From Octopus vulgaris (lineage: Eukaryota), in contig OX597816.1 in assembly GCA_951406725.2 (NCBI GenBank), positions 18,910,001 through 18,974,000 of the forward strand: a DNA stretch of 64,000 nt, written 5' to 3'. This document shows, piece by piece, positions 1 through 12,777 of this stretch. Within the stretch, counting starts at the first letter, position 1; each line of letters starts with the position of its first letter. The translations under genes and the position numbers were made by a program. The notes beneath the pieces were generated by a model that worked only from the letters and a program-made list of their open reading frames with translations, did no database searches and was not told where the DNA came from.

Positions 1-1125
1 GAAGAACAACTCTACCAAGAGGTGGAGGTAAACTATGGCACTGGATTTAGAAAGTATATTGAAAAGGCATGGAAGAGATACCTAGACGACTGTTTCATAA
101 TCTGGACAGAATCTCTAAATACTCTGGAAGAGTTCAATATCCTCCTGAACAAACTACACCCATCTCTCAAATTTACAAAGGAGATGAGTAGTACCAAATT
201 ACCATTCCTGGATATAATGGTAATTAAAAATGACACCACCATCACCACAGATATATACTATAAACACACAGACACACATCAATACCTAAATTTTAAGTCG
301 TGCCATCCACCACATACAAAACGTAACATCCCATACTGCCTAGCCAGAAGAATTTGTACTATTGTAGAAGATGCAAATATCAGGAACAAACGCCTAATAG
401 AACTAAGAGAATTTTTGCTCAAACAAAAATACCCATCTCTACTTATAGAAAATGGCATACAGCGGGCTATAAAAATACCTATACAACAACTTAGGACAAC
501 CCAAGGAAGAGGAAAACAAGAACAAGTCATACCATTCATAGTGACACACAACCCATGTCACCAGAATATCTTCAACATTGCCAAAGCAAACCTTCCAATC
601 ATTGCCCAAAGTAATGAATTAAAAGACATAATCAAGGATCGAGCTATGGTGCTTAGTAAAAGACAGCCTAAAAACTTGAAAACATTACTAACAAAGGCAA
701 AATTTGACCTCAGCAACAAAGACCAAACATTCACGGTATCTAAATGCAATGATAGCCGATGTGGCACATGCCAATTCATACATACCGGTCAATATATAAA
801 CACAAAAACCGGGAAAATATTCACAAACGCGAATATGAACTGCAAAAGCAGAAATTTAATTTACTGCATCAAATGCCCAAATTGTGAAGAAATATATGTA
901 GGTCAGACGGGAAACGCACTATTAGAACGCTCACGTGTACACCGGCAACAGATTAGAGACCCAGAGGTCCGTCAGATACCTTTGAGTAACCACCTAGCAA
1001 CATGTGGTCGGAAAATATATATAATATTTCCATTCTACAAATTACACAGCCCAAGTGAAATCGAGAGGAAAATCAGAGAAAAGAATTTTATTGATAAATT
1101 CGAACCCAAGCTAAATAAGCAATAA
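1..1125 (+). CDS. Penelope-like element (PLE) ORF, C-terminal part: reverse transcriptase + Cys linker + GIY-YIG endonuclease (5' end outside window)
   Basis: Frame is open from base 1. RT motifs KRYLDDCFIIW, LPFLDIMV and TDIYYKHTDTHQYLNFKSCHP. Cys-rich linker CNDSRCGTC. GIY-YIG region CKSRNLIYCIKCPNCEEIYVGQT...R..H; ends EPKLN. The Cys linker suggests the Neptune-type group. Confidence 0.95.
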   Translation, partial: EEQLYQEVEVNYGTGFRKYIEKAWKRYLDDCFIIWTESLNTLEEFNILLNKLHPSLKFTKEMSSTKLPFLDIMVIKNDTTITTDIYYKHTDTHQYLNFKSCHPPHTKRNIPYCLARRICTIVEDANIRNKRLIELREFLLKQKYPSLLIENGIQRAIKIPIQQLRTTQGRGKQEQVIPFIVTHNPCHQNIFNIAKANLPIIAQSNELKDIIKDRAMVLSKRQPKNLKTLLTKAKFDLSNKDQTFTVSKCNDSRCGTCQFIHTGQYINTKTGKIFTNANMNCKSRNLIYCIKCPNCEEIYVGQTGNALLERSRVHRQQIRDPEVRQIPLSNHLATCGRKIYIIFPFYKLHSPSEIERKIREKNFIDKFEPKLNKQ

Positions 1126-1619
1126 TAATAATACTTAGAGGTATTACTTCCACTGCTACGACCATGACCACTAACAACAACAACAATACTAAAGGTGATC
1201 AAGACAAAGATAGCAGGAAAATTATCTTATTTAGGGTTAAAAGTTCTATTGCCACCACCATCACCACTAGCAACAATAATTAAGGTGCTGACAATGATGA
1301 TGATGACAATTGAAATATAAAAATATAAAAATCTCTGACAAAGGATATTTACAACATTTCTAAAAATAACCCAACAATTGCTGCTTCGGCCAGGGTCAAG
1401 ATACAGGACTCTTGACCTGTCCAACAAAGCGTGATGCCTAAACCAATCAGCTCAACCAACCAATCAGCTTAAGTAATTGAGTGATACTACACACTGATTG
1501 GTCAGAATACAGTTTGCAAAACCTAGCACTCTGGAGCCTACCCAGCTGTATGTATAGCACAGAATCACTCATCTTGCTACAGTCAAAAATTGTGAAGCAT
1601 GACTGTCAACACTACTACA

Positions 1620-1664
1620 TGAACCCGAAGATTGCAGAATTCAATGCATGAAAGTACTAGTTCA
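1620..1664 (+). ncRNA. Minimal type I hammerhead ribozyme in the PLE 3' region (variant core)
   Basis: TGAAC-CCGAAGA-T-TGCA-gaattcaa-TGCA-T-GAAA-GTAC-TA-GTTCA. Stem I TGAAC/GTTCA, palindromic stem III (AGTACT). Core is CCGAAGA rather than CTGANGA, with a T-T mismatch at the base of stem II. Confidence 0.75.
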
Positions 1665-1859
1665 ATCAGAATGAATATTTAACATTCTACTATTTCATTT
1701 TATTTTACTCAATTATAATATATTATCTTATAATATATCATTATAAGATTGTAAATAAAACGTGAAAATCAGACAAGTTTGGAATTCTTTTTATTAATAT
1801 ATTCTTCTATACACAATCACACACACCCATATATATATATATCTATATATATACATATA

Positions 1860-1926
<67 letters not shown>

Positions 1927-2109
1927 GATATACCGCCACGCTGGAAATAGCAGCCAAAACCTGACTCTAACACCACATTAGATGTTCATACAGCACCAGG
2001 AGAGAAGACAAAAAGACAAAATAAACTAGCAAAAATTACTGGATAATTCCAGATCCCGGATTTCTGACTTTGCTTTAGAAATGCTATGCCTCTTCAGCGG
2101 AATATACGC

Positions 2110-2984
2110 AGAAGCGAGGATAAATTTGAGCTAATCCACTTTGGAAAAGAGGATGCCCTGAAACTCCCATACTCCCTTCCTTCAGGTGAAACTCTCGCGG
2201 CGTCCAACAACATCAGAGACTTGGGAGCAATTGTGGACAACAACGTCAGCTGGGCCACTCATATAAACACCAAAGTTGACATGGCCCGCAGAATGTGTTC
2301 CTGGATTCTCAGAACTTTCCAGTCGAGAGATATCCACACCATTATCCTTCTCTTCTCCACTTTTGCCCGACCCCACCTTGAATACTGTTGTCCACTGTGG
2401 TCTCCCCACACAATACAAGGTATCATAAAAGTTGAAGCACCTCAAAGGGCAATCACAAAAAAGATAGATGGCATGACAGGCCTCGACTATTGGGGTCGGC
2501 TAGAAAAGCTAAAACTCTATTCTCTCCAACGTCGTCGTGAGCGCTACATCATCTGCATGATGTGGAAAATATTCCATCAGCATTGCCCAAATGATGTTGG
2601 CATCACCTTTAAGGTACATCCAAGGCTTGGGCCCCGTGCCATCCGCCCAAAACAAAAATCGCACTCTCATCTCATAACAACAATACGGCACAATTATTTC
2701 ACCTCAATTGGCCCCGCTCTCTTTAACATTACACCAAAACACATTAAAACAGAAACTGACCCTATAGGGTTCAAGACGTCTTTGGACAGATTCCTTCAAG
2801 AAATCCCGGATAAACCCCCTACACCCGGATATGTCTCTGTAAACAATAACTCTCTACTTGAGTGGGCCATAGTGCCCAAATTCTGACTTGAAAGACTTCA
2901 CCAGGTGGTGCTATTAATTTAGACATGGCCTGGGCCAATAATGGCCGAAACCTATCAAAGTATCAAAGTATCAAAGTATCAAAG

Positions 2985-2985
<1 letters not shown>
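2110..2985 (+). mobile_element. CR1-group LINE, 3' fragment (RT C-terminal/thumb region + 3' UTR with 8-bp tandem tail)
   Basis: ORF 2086-2886: KFELIHFG, IRDLGAIVD, RPHLEYCCPLWSP, RLEKLKLYSLQRRRER. Ends in (TATCAAAG)x4, typical of CR1 3' tails. Flanked by (TA)n on both sides. Confidence 0.9.
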
Positions 2986-3737
<752 letters not shown>

Positions 3738-4127
3738 GTCTATCGCTTACGTATTGCGAGACCAATAATCTGAAGTAGAACTCAATATACTTATGTTTCT
3801 GAACGAAGAGTTGGGTGATTATGGAGTAGCAAGAAGTGAGGCAGATGACAAAGGAATAATAATTATCTAATGAATTTTGTTAGCATACACTTGTTTTTTT
3901 CTGTAAGAAGCAGCAGACTCACATATCTGTGCCTGGATATCAATTTATAGGAGAAACACCTGTAAGCTAATTCACGTATTCGTTTATCATGTTTCTTATA
4001 CATACTTACATACATACATATTTTCAACAATAACAAAGGGTAAAATTAATTAATTAACTATTAATCAATAATTTCACCAAGTAGAATTCGGCATGAAAAA
4101 GGACCATTTCACGGTAAACTAAAGTAA

Positions 4128-4506
4128 TACTTTATAATAGCTTTCAGCAAAGATTTGCTTTACCACATACCGAAGTTTAGAAATAGCGGTAAAAAAAAAA
4201 TTAGCTATTTCCTTTACTTTAAAAAGAGACTCCCGGAAAAAACCTATTACTCGAAAACAATCCACGAAGGCAGAGAGGAAAAATAACGAAAATCAATCGA
4301 TATTAGATTACCCATGTACACGTTTCGGAATTAGATCGGTATAAAGAATGTGTAATTTATACTTTAGCCGAAAATTTTCTTCATCAGCATGCGACTTCAC
4401 AATATTTACTTTTTAAAGAAGAGGAAATAGCTAAGGTTCTTTGACTGCTAATTCTAAACTTCGGTATGTGGTAAAGCAAACATTTGCTGAACCCTATTAT
4501 AAAGTA
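4128..4506 (-). mobile_element. Non-coding PLE-like module: inverted arms (4128-4213 / 4422-4506) enclosing a hammerhead
   Basis: The arms are reverse complements (..tttaccacataccgaagtttagaaatagc.. / ..gctaattctaaacttcggtatgtggtaaag..). The arm also resembles 21022-21100. Confidence 0.7.
4313..4391 (-). ncRNA. Type I hammerhead ribozyme motif
   Basis: Minus strand: CATG-CTGATGA-[long imperfect stem II with TCGG/CCGA and TATAAA/TTTATA]-GAAAC-GT-GTA-CATG. Confidence 0.7.
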
Positions 4507-4532
4507 CATACATACATACATACCTACATACC

Positions 4533-4581
<49 letters not shown>

Positions 4582-4584
4582 ATC

Positions 4585-4627
<43 letters not shown>

Positions 4628-4643
4628 ATATCTATCCATCTAT

Positions 4644-4734
<91 letters not shown>

Positions 4735-5289
4735 CGATTCAAGTTTTGGGGGTTTCATGATATTTGGTATACAATATTTACTTGTTCCATTTGCATGAAA
4801 GTGAACAACTCACACAATCTTTCCCTTACAAAGTATACGTGGATCATTCTCTGTCTGGATTTAGTTCTAATAAATTCGAACAGACAATATAATGAAGTTG
4901 TTTTTATTCTTACAAATCTATCATTTTAATAACAGTTACATTTGAATCAATAATTTTTACTCACTTTTAGCATAGTGACTGTATTAGTCGAAGAGATTAG
5001 ATAAATGTCTTTAGTGATGGATTTTCTATTTAGTTTCGGATGTTGAGTAGCTACCAAAAGACACATTTTTACTAATTCTACGTCTTTATAATTCTTCACA
5101 CAACAGTATTACTTACAGCGCTTACTTTCTTTCACAAAATACCCTAGTTTACTAAAGAAATTTCTTTTCAAATTTACCACAACTAAAAAGCAGATCTGTT
5201 GAAAAGTGTATTAGTAAGTCCTTTACTTTACGAGGACATTATTTACTGACATTTACTTATTATATACATAGTCTCCTAGAGATTTATAT

Positions 5290-5400
5290 TAAGGGTACGC
5301 GTGTCTGTGGATTGCTCAGTCACTTGGAGGTTAATTTCACGAGCAAGCTGTTCCGTTGATCTTATCAGCTGGGACCCTACTCGTCGTAACCGACGGAATG

Positions 5401-5403
<3 letters not shown>
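5290..5403 (+). mobile_element. Fragment of a third SINE-like repeat; a longer related copy is at about 14735-14965 (-)
   Basis: Shared sequence 'gtgtctgtggattgctcagtcacttggaggttaattt..ccgttgatc..tcgtcgtaaccgacgga' versus its reverse complement near 14740-14850. Confidence 0.5.
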
Positions 5404-5468
<65 letters not shown>

Positions 5469-6162
5469 TATGTATATACATGTATGTCCTTACATTAGTA
5501 AGTCCTTCACTTTCTGGGGACAATGCTTACTGACACATCCTCATTATATACATAGTCACAAAAGTTCATAATTATTCTCCCCAAACAATACGTTTTCAGA
5601 TATAAAGATTTGAGCTTTGGCTTCAAATGAAGCTTCTCGTTCAGTTTTAGGCGTTTCCCTAGTTCTCACGCCTCGTATATCTGTTTCATCTAATATCATC
5701 ACTTATTCAATAAGCTACCCCGGCCTAATAACATCAAGCACCTTAAGTATCCATTGCATTTGCCAGTTGACTTGAATTAAGATAGAACTTTTCCAGTGTA
5801 TCGTTTATTGTCGCTTCATTTCCTACAGCACGATGACCCGAAAGCCAGTTCGCCTGGATAACTATATGTATTATCAGCAGGTTCTAGCTTACGAACGTCC
5901 GATACAATTTCATTCTTGTTTCGTACATGGAAGTACATTTCTTCCTTTCACTCTGCTTTGCTAATATATTTTAATCATCTATGAAGATTCGCTGATCTTG
6001 TGCAGGTATATCGGTGCACAAATTGGAGATTCCATACTGCTGGCTATAGTAAATATAGGAGTTTATGATTCTTACGACCATGAGACAAAGAAGAGGAAAT
6101 CAGACATAGAGTTGATTGAGAAAAAAGCCAACAGCTTCTGAAGCTGTGCAAAGGCAATAATC

Positions 6163-6202
<40 letters not shown>

Positions 6203-6221
6203 TAAAAATAATAATAAATAC

Positions 6222-6340
6222 ATAATTTACCTGTGAATTTGCGTGTGAAATCTGGGAAGGCATACAATGAGCTTCTCTGCCCTAGGTGTACGGAAAACAC
6301 TCGACGAGAAACGGAAGAATATTTGAAGAAAGAAGGAGAA
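6222..6340 (+). repeat. Interspersed repeat embedded in (AAT)n; second copy at 35266-35385
   Basis: Near-identical 'cctgtgaatttgcgt..ctgggaa.gcatacaatgagcttctctgccctaggtgta.ggaaaacactcg.cgagaaacggaa' at both loci. Confidence 0.8.
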
Positions 6341-6402
6341 ATAGTAATAATAATAATAATATTAATAATAATAATAATAATAATAATAGCATTAATAATA
6401 AT

Positions 6403-6495
6403 AACATGAACTTCCAACTTGTTGTCTCTTGAGGTCTCTGGGTGAGACTTGGAGCCAGCTTGTGCAAATGAAAAGCAAATGTCAAACATAGAATA
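6403..6495 (+). mobile_element. Probable 3' end of a (TAA)n-associated R4/Dong-type retrotransposon
   Basis: 'gaggtctctgggtgagacttgg...caaacatag' followed by (AAT)n, and preceded by (AAT)n. Assignment is from recalled 3' UTR similarity only. Confidence 0.4.
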
Positions 6496-6512
6496 ATAAT
6501 AATAATAATAAT

Positions 6513-6567
<55 letters not shown>

Positions 6568-6659
6568 GTCCAGGTCTTTTACAAGATGGAAGAGAGGGAG
6601 AAGAAGAAGAAGAAGACGAAGAAGAAGAAGAAGAAGAAGAAGAAGAAGAAGAAGAAGAA

Positions 6660-6691
<32 letters not shown>

Positions 6692-7568
6692 AGAAGTAGA
6701 AGAATACATATCATGAGCAGTAGTTGCAGCAGTAGTAATACTACTATATACTTTAACACAGTTTTCTTTCATTTTTCTGCTGCTGTTTCGTTTTTGTGTT
6801 GTGCACTTACTGGTGTATGGTACTCGACTGCATTCAGAGTATAACAAATGACGAACAACATTTTCATATGTTCCATTTAGTTTTCACATATGCAATCTAC
6901 ATTTTATGTACGTAGATTTTTAGTGAACCCTTTTCGAAAGCATATATTACCATCTTATTTCGTTTTGAAACAACCTCCTCCTTCTAATCACCCAAATCCC
7001 GATAGACACAGTTTTATATTTAAATACAAATTTATTTCTATTGACTATCTCTCTGAATGTGTTATCTCGATGAAACAGGTAAATATCAATAATTCATATT
7101 CCTTTGAAAATATATACTTATATTCAAATGCCCTTTCTGCTGTGCTACATGCCAACATATTGATATCTGTTTTCCTTCCTTTTCAGCACGATCCTTTTAT
7201 CGGTACGGTTAAACCATACAGATTTCACTTACTAACTGCATATCCTGCATTTCCAAGCCGCTGCGTTCATCATTTGCACATAAAGTAGTTTCACCAATTT
7301 ATTTCCTGCAAGCACTGTGCACGTATGTATTATATAATATTATATTTATTATTTATTTTTTTTACCGTATGATATCGTTTGTATTCTGTCGCCGTGGGTT
7401 GAATACAGTTTAATACATATGCAATGGATCCATGTTGTATTGCACTCAGTCACGACTTTCAGAATCTCTATCTTTAAACACATTCGCCCCGAAAAGAAAC
7501 GCCTTATTGTTTATTCTTTCGTATTCGTTTCTTCCGTGCTCTTGAAAGTACAATAAATACACACACTA

Positions 7569-7609
<41 letters not shown>

Positions 7610-7626
7610 CATAAATACATACATGC

Positions 7627-7706
<80 letters not shown>

Positions 7707-8778
7707 TTATATACATATTTAAAATCCTATATTGAAAATAACTGCAATTGTTTGCAGATTTTTACACTCGCAGTACAATGGAATGGTGAGATGTTTTGTA
7801 ATCAATATCATCCCTCCAAGGAGCAAACGTAGTTTTCTCATGTGGCTATTTCAATAAGTCTTTCGTAAGATCCTACTGTCATTTCACTCAGCGAGAGAGT
7901 GCATACCTAGTTCTGAGTGTCATATTCAGCAATTTAGTGAGGGAACGAAACTCACAGATGTAATTGAAAAGCAAAATTAGTTTATAATCAAAATGCCACA
8001 TAAATAAGCAAATACGCAAAAATGAAGAATAAAATGAAGTGTTCAGATATATTAAAAGTGATAAAGACAGACCATTCCTGTATATGCCAAATCCCTTGGA
8101 AAATATCCTAGTGTAGAATAACACGTGACAACCATATAACAGCATAAGAGATGTTAATTCCCGTCACGAGGTTCTTACGAAAATCATGCTAAATATTTAT
8201 CTATCTATCTATTTATCTATCTATTTATCTGTTTGTCTGTCTCTCTACTGTCTACTTATCTATTTATCATCCTATACACGATTCACACACACACACATAT
8301 AGCGTATAAGTGGGTGAGACATATATACACGTATCAATGTTTTATTATCTCTTGCGATTGGACACTTTGGAATTTGTTTTTGTGTTTCCACAACTGAACT
8401 TATTTGCTGTGTAATCTCTTACAAATAATGAACCTTACAATTACATATCGCAGCACATCTTCCTTTTTATAAACAAAAATGTGGTCCCTAATCCATTCTC
8501 ATATCTTTCACCAGGCAAATGTGAATCTGTGGTACTTTTTTAGATCTAATAATACTTGTGTGATAAGCTACTGAAAAGTCGGAAAAAATACTGCTTCACA
8601 TAAACGGACAAAAACCGCCATATACATTCGCTTGCGTTTGCAGGGGGGAAAGATTGTATGCGTCGAATATTTGCATGTGAATGTGTGTATATGGATATAC
8701 ACATACGTATGTGTATATCTCACTGTCTATGTATGTATGTATGTATGTATGTATGTATGTATGTATCTATATATCTAT

Positions 8779-8845
<67 letters not shown>

Positions 8846-9692
8846 TAGGTTATAAGTATAAAAAAGCACACAACAAAGAGGAAGAGACACAGAAATATAA
8901 TGTCAGAGATCGATGAAGAGTGTGTAATATGTGACAGACGCACATCGAGTTACAAGTTAAATTTTCTAGAGTTTTTTTTTTAATAAATTAATATTTTAGT
9001 TCTTTTAGTGAAAAGAGATCGATCAAACTAGTTTAACGTTTATTATTCATAAGAGATCGATTACTCATTTCCTGACAACTGAGAAACGAGTATATTAAAG
9101 CCGTTAATAGTATACACAAACACGGACATTACTAACTTTTTCCGCATAATTTGCATAACAGTACAAGCTTTGGAAACATGAATTTATTAATTTTAGTGGT
9201 ACAACACGAGGTTAGAATACATACACAACTAACCTAAAAAAAGTGTGCTGCTTTAATAAATAGCTATTTTTAAACTTAACTTGTAATGTAACAGCACTGA
9301 ATTAATCATATCCTTTCCAGTGGAGACCAAATTAAAGACATCAATCGGATTTCATTTAGTCTTTTTTACATGTTCATTAGGCTCGAAAATGGCTGTGTGG
9401 TAAAGAAAGTTCTTTGGCAACTGTCTTGTTTTGAGTTCATTTCCTCTAAATTTGCGTGGAAGCCCATCTGCACAAACACACAAGTACACACATACGCACT
9501 CACACACAAAAACACATAAACACACGTGTCTGTAGTGGTATGCCTGTGTTGACGACTGGTGTTAGTTTGTCTACGTCTCCATAATTTAACGGTAAGATAC
9601 AGATATAGTAAATAACAAAAACGAGTACTGGGTTTGATAGAATCCATTCAAATCCTTCACGGGCGGTGACCTGTGATCGCTTCGGTCCTATA

Positions 9693-9920
9693 ACCTATTT
9701 TTTATTGCCCACAAGGGGCTAAACACAGAAGAGACAAACAAGGACGGACAGAAGGATTAATTCGATTATATCGACACCAGTGCGTAACTGGTACTCAATT
9801 TATCGACCTCAAAAGGATGAAAGGCAAAGTCGACCTCGGCGAAATTTGAACTCAGAACGTAGCGGCAGACGAAATACCGCTGAGAATTTCGCTAGGTGTG
9901 CTAACGTTTCTGCCAGCTCG
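9693..9920 (-). mobile_element. SINE family B (tRNA-like head, Meta-domain-like core)
   Basis: Reverse complement of 'cgagctggcagaaacgttagcac..gagttcaaatt..gaggtcgactttgcctttcatcc..ggtcgataaatt.agtaccag'. Matches the copies at 10414 and 36840. Confidence 0.85.
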
Positions 9921-9952
9921 AACAGAAACGACGAAAGATTCTGTAAATCGAT

Positions 9953-11194
9953 CACGGCTAACGTAGTGTTAAAACAGTTTCTCAAATTTATGGGAAAAAA
10001 ACAGTACCTTTCAAGTATATGCATTTTCAAATACCATTACATTATCAGCAATAAGGGGGAGAGAGATCCTCAACGGATCTGCTCCCCAGAAATACAATTT
10101 CTTTTCAGTCTAAAACTACATATAATCAAATTCAATAACTTTTCAAAACTAATAATGATTCAAATTGATCTTCAGACCCAAGAGAGAGAACAAGTTTTTT
10201 TTTTATATTATAAATGTTTACATTTGTCTAGAAACTTTTAGAAGCCTCACTTACAAATAGTATAACATTCTAATGCACATAAATAATTCTTTCTACTTTG
10301 CATGTTAGGTCCAGTATTACTTATGTGACTTAATTGTTGCACAATTGGGCTTAATGTTACAATGTATTTACACATTGTTGTCATTCTGCGATCAGAAAGG
10401 CGTACGTAATGTCAAGGCGGCGAGCTGGCAGAAACGTTAGCACGCCGGGCGAAATGCGTAGCCGTATTTCGTCTGTCGTTATATTTCGATTTCAAATTCC
10501 ACCGAGGTCGACTTTGCATTTGATCCTTTCGGATACGCATTGGGGTCGATGTAATCGACTTAATCCATTTGTCTGTCCTTGTTTGTCCCCTCTGTGTTTA
10601 GCCCCTTGTGGGTAGTAAAGAAAAAAATAAAGCATATGTAATGCTGAAGAGTGTAAGAAAATACTTTTGAATATTTACATTGTTAGACTTCATAAGAAAA
10701 AGAAATATTTATTTTTCTAGCATCGGAAATAATTGAATACAGCTATTTAGAAATTACACGTCTCAGATAGAACAAAAGCAGAATCTTTAAATTCTACAAG
10801 AGTGTACGCATTTAAATTGAATATCATTTACTTAATATTAGAACTACGAATAATTATGTTAGATAAGTAATAGTTACAAAAAAATATGAAATGTCATTCA
10901 TACTTTATTTAAATTTATAATGAAAAGTAAACATTTATAATAAAAAAAAATAACTTGTTCTCTCTCTTGGGTCAGAAGATCAATTTGAAACATTATTAGT
11001 TTTGAAAAGTTATTGAATTAGACTATATGTAGTTTTAGGCTGAAAAGAAGTTGAATTTCTGGGGAGCCGATCCGTAGAGGATCTTTCTCCCGCTTATTGC
11101 TGATAATGTAATGGCATTTCAAAATGCATACTTTGAAATGTACTATTTTTTTCCCATAAATTTGGGAAACTGTTTTAACACTACGTCAACCGTG
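9953..11194. mobile_element. Non-autonomous DNA transposon with about 270-bp terminal inverted repeats (CACGG...CCGTG termini) and a nested SINE
   Basis: 9953-10221 is the reverse complement of about 10928-11194. ATCGAT lies immediately outside both ends. Confidence 0.85.
10414..10622 (+). mobile_element. SINE family B, nested inside the TIR element
   Basis: Starts aaggcggcgagctggcagaaacgttagcacgccgggcgaaatgc. Degenerate TSD: aaggcgtacgtaatg / aaagcatatgtaatg. Confidence 0.85.
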
Positions 11195-11296
11195 ATCGAT
11201 GAGATATTTGGTAAAATATATTGCAGCATTCACAATAAATTTTCTTTTACTGTTAATATATTTTGTAATACACCATCTGTATCTTATTTGCATTCT

Positions 11297-11429
11297 TTAC
11301 ATTTGACGGATATTTGTCCTCATCTTGTTTGCTGTTTCGACTGATACACTCCCCAGCCTTCATTAGGTGTTTTGGGGAAATTCCAAACATGAGTTCTCAT
11401 TCTTAAGGTAGATTTCGATGTTGCTGTTG

Positions 11430-11505
<76 letters not shown>

Positions 11506-11659
11506 CCATGTCACTGAAACGGTATTAAGGAAGTATAGCAAAATATTAGATTTATAAGCCCTAAAATTCATTGCATGATTGCCCACGGGCATATCGCATA
11601 GTGGTTAAGTGCGCGAGCTTTTAACCCTAATATTCCGAGTTCGATTCCAAACACTGACT

Positions 11660-11707
<48 letters not shown>

Positions 11708-12278
11708 GGCGCAGGAGTGGCTTTGTGGTAAGTAGCTTGCTAACCAACCACATGGTTCCGGGTTCAGTCCCACTGCGTGAAATCTTGGGCAAGTGTCTTC
11801 TACTACAGCCTCGGGCCGACCAAAGCCTTGTGAGTGGATTTGGTAGACGGAAACTGAAAGAAGCCTGTCGTATATATATATATGTATGTATGTGTATGTG
11901 TTTGTTTGTCTGTGTTTGTACCCCTAGCATTGCTTGACAACCGATGGTGGTGTGTTTACGTCCCCATCACTTAGCGGTTCGGCAAAAGAGACCGATTGAA
12001 TAAGTACTAGGCTTACAAAGAATAAGTCCCGGGGTCGATTTGCTCGGCTAAAGGCGGTGCTCCAGCATGGCCGCTGTCAAATGACTGAAACATGTAAAAG
12101 AGTAAAAGAGTAATAGTTATAATAATAATAATAAAAACATCGAAAAATACTTTAGGAATGAGAACCCATGTTCGAAATTTCCCCAAGACATCCGATGAAG
12201 TTTGGGGGTATATCAGCCGAAACGTTTTGTTAACAATAAACAAGATGAGGACAAATATCCGTCAAATGTAAATAATGG
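11297..12278 (+). mobile_element. Composite non-autonomous element: inverted 3' copy + tRNA-like head + (AAT)n + hammerhead-bearing tail, interrupted by SINE A
   Basis: 11297-11431 is the reverse complement of about 12137-12273. A-box-like TCGCATAGTGG at 11594 and B-box GAGTTCGATTCC at 11637. HHR motifs at 12187-12231 (+) and about 11332-11370 (-). Confidence 0.7.
11707..12112 (+). mobile_element. SINE family A (tRNA-derived head, CORE-like segment, internal (TA/TG)n, taaaagag tail)
   Basis: aggcgcaggagtggct..gtggtaag (A box), ggttcagtccc (B box), ttgggcaagtgtcttc (CORE-like). Inserted in an (AAT)n tract. Resembles octopus OR-type SINEs. Confidence 0.9.
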
Positions 12279-12609
12279 ACATTATTCCTCATCTCTTTAA
12301 TATAGAACTGTATTACCATCTGTACCATACTGTTACTTTTTTTTGAAGTTTAGCCTAAGATATGCGTGTGATATGAGTAACGTAGAGACTAAGTAGAATT
12401 CTCGCATTCAGACATACAGTAGCATTCCTGCTGCTAATTTTATTGATAATAAAAGGATGATGCGGTGACGGGTAGGTGGATAATGATGAATATGTTATTC
12501 CAGTAACGGCTTCAACTTCAGTTTCCGCTGCTGCTATTCAGGTTGCTATTGCTGTTTTTGTTGTTGTTGTAAATCAACAAGACGGGGCAAGGGTGATTAA
12601 GTGATGGCC

Positions 12610-12777
12610 TAGGGCTTAGGAGCGGGATATCCCAGACTTTGGAAAAAAACTTTGGCCGTCTTGTAGTCGAGGGCTCTTCGTTGACGCCCGACACCACTGG
12701 GAGGTGGCCCTCGAAGTCGCTGGAAATGGAGATATCCAGGTCCAAATTCTTGAACGGCTGCTACTGTTGCTTGTGAC
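12610..12777 (-). CDS. Candidate terminal coding exon of an unidentified host gene
   Basis: GC-richer non-repetitive island. On the minus strand, acceptor aaaatgttttcag| is followed by SQATVAAVQEFGPGYLHFQRLRGPPPSGVGRQRRALDYKTAKVFFQSLGYPAPKP*. A second frame is also open. No homolog recognised. Confidence 0.4.

Larger units (their letters stand above)
1..1795 (+). mobile_element. Penelope-like retroelement, ORF plus 3' UTR/pseudo-LTR
   Basis: ORF followed by about 670 bp of non-coding sequence containing a minimal hammerhead motif and AATAAA, ending at a (TA)n tract. Confidence 0.85.

Noticed and set aside
2054-2102. Minus-strand TTCCG-CTGAAGA..GAAA-TC-CGGGA hammerhead-like match
   Set aside because: No stem III or loop and a poor stem II; probably chance.
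11588-11660. tRNA gene
   Set aside because: A and B boxes are present but the acceptor and anticodon stems do not pair well; treated as a SINE-like head.
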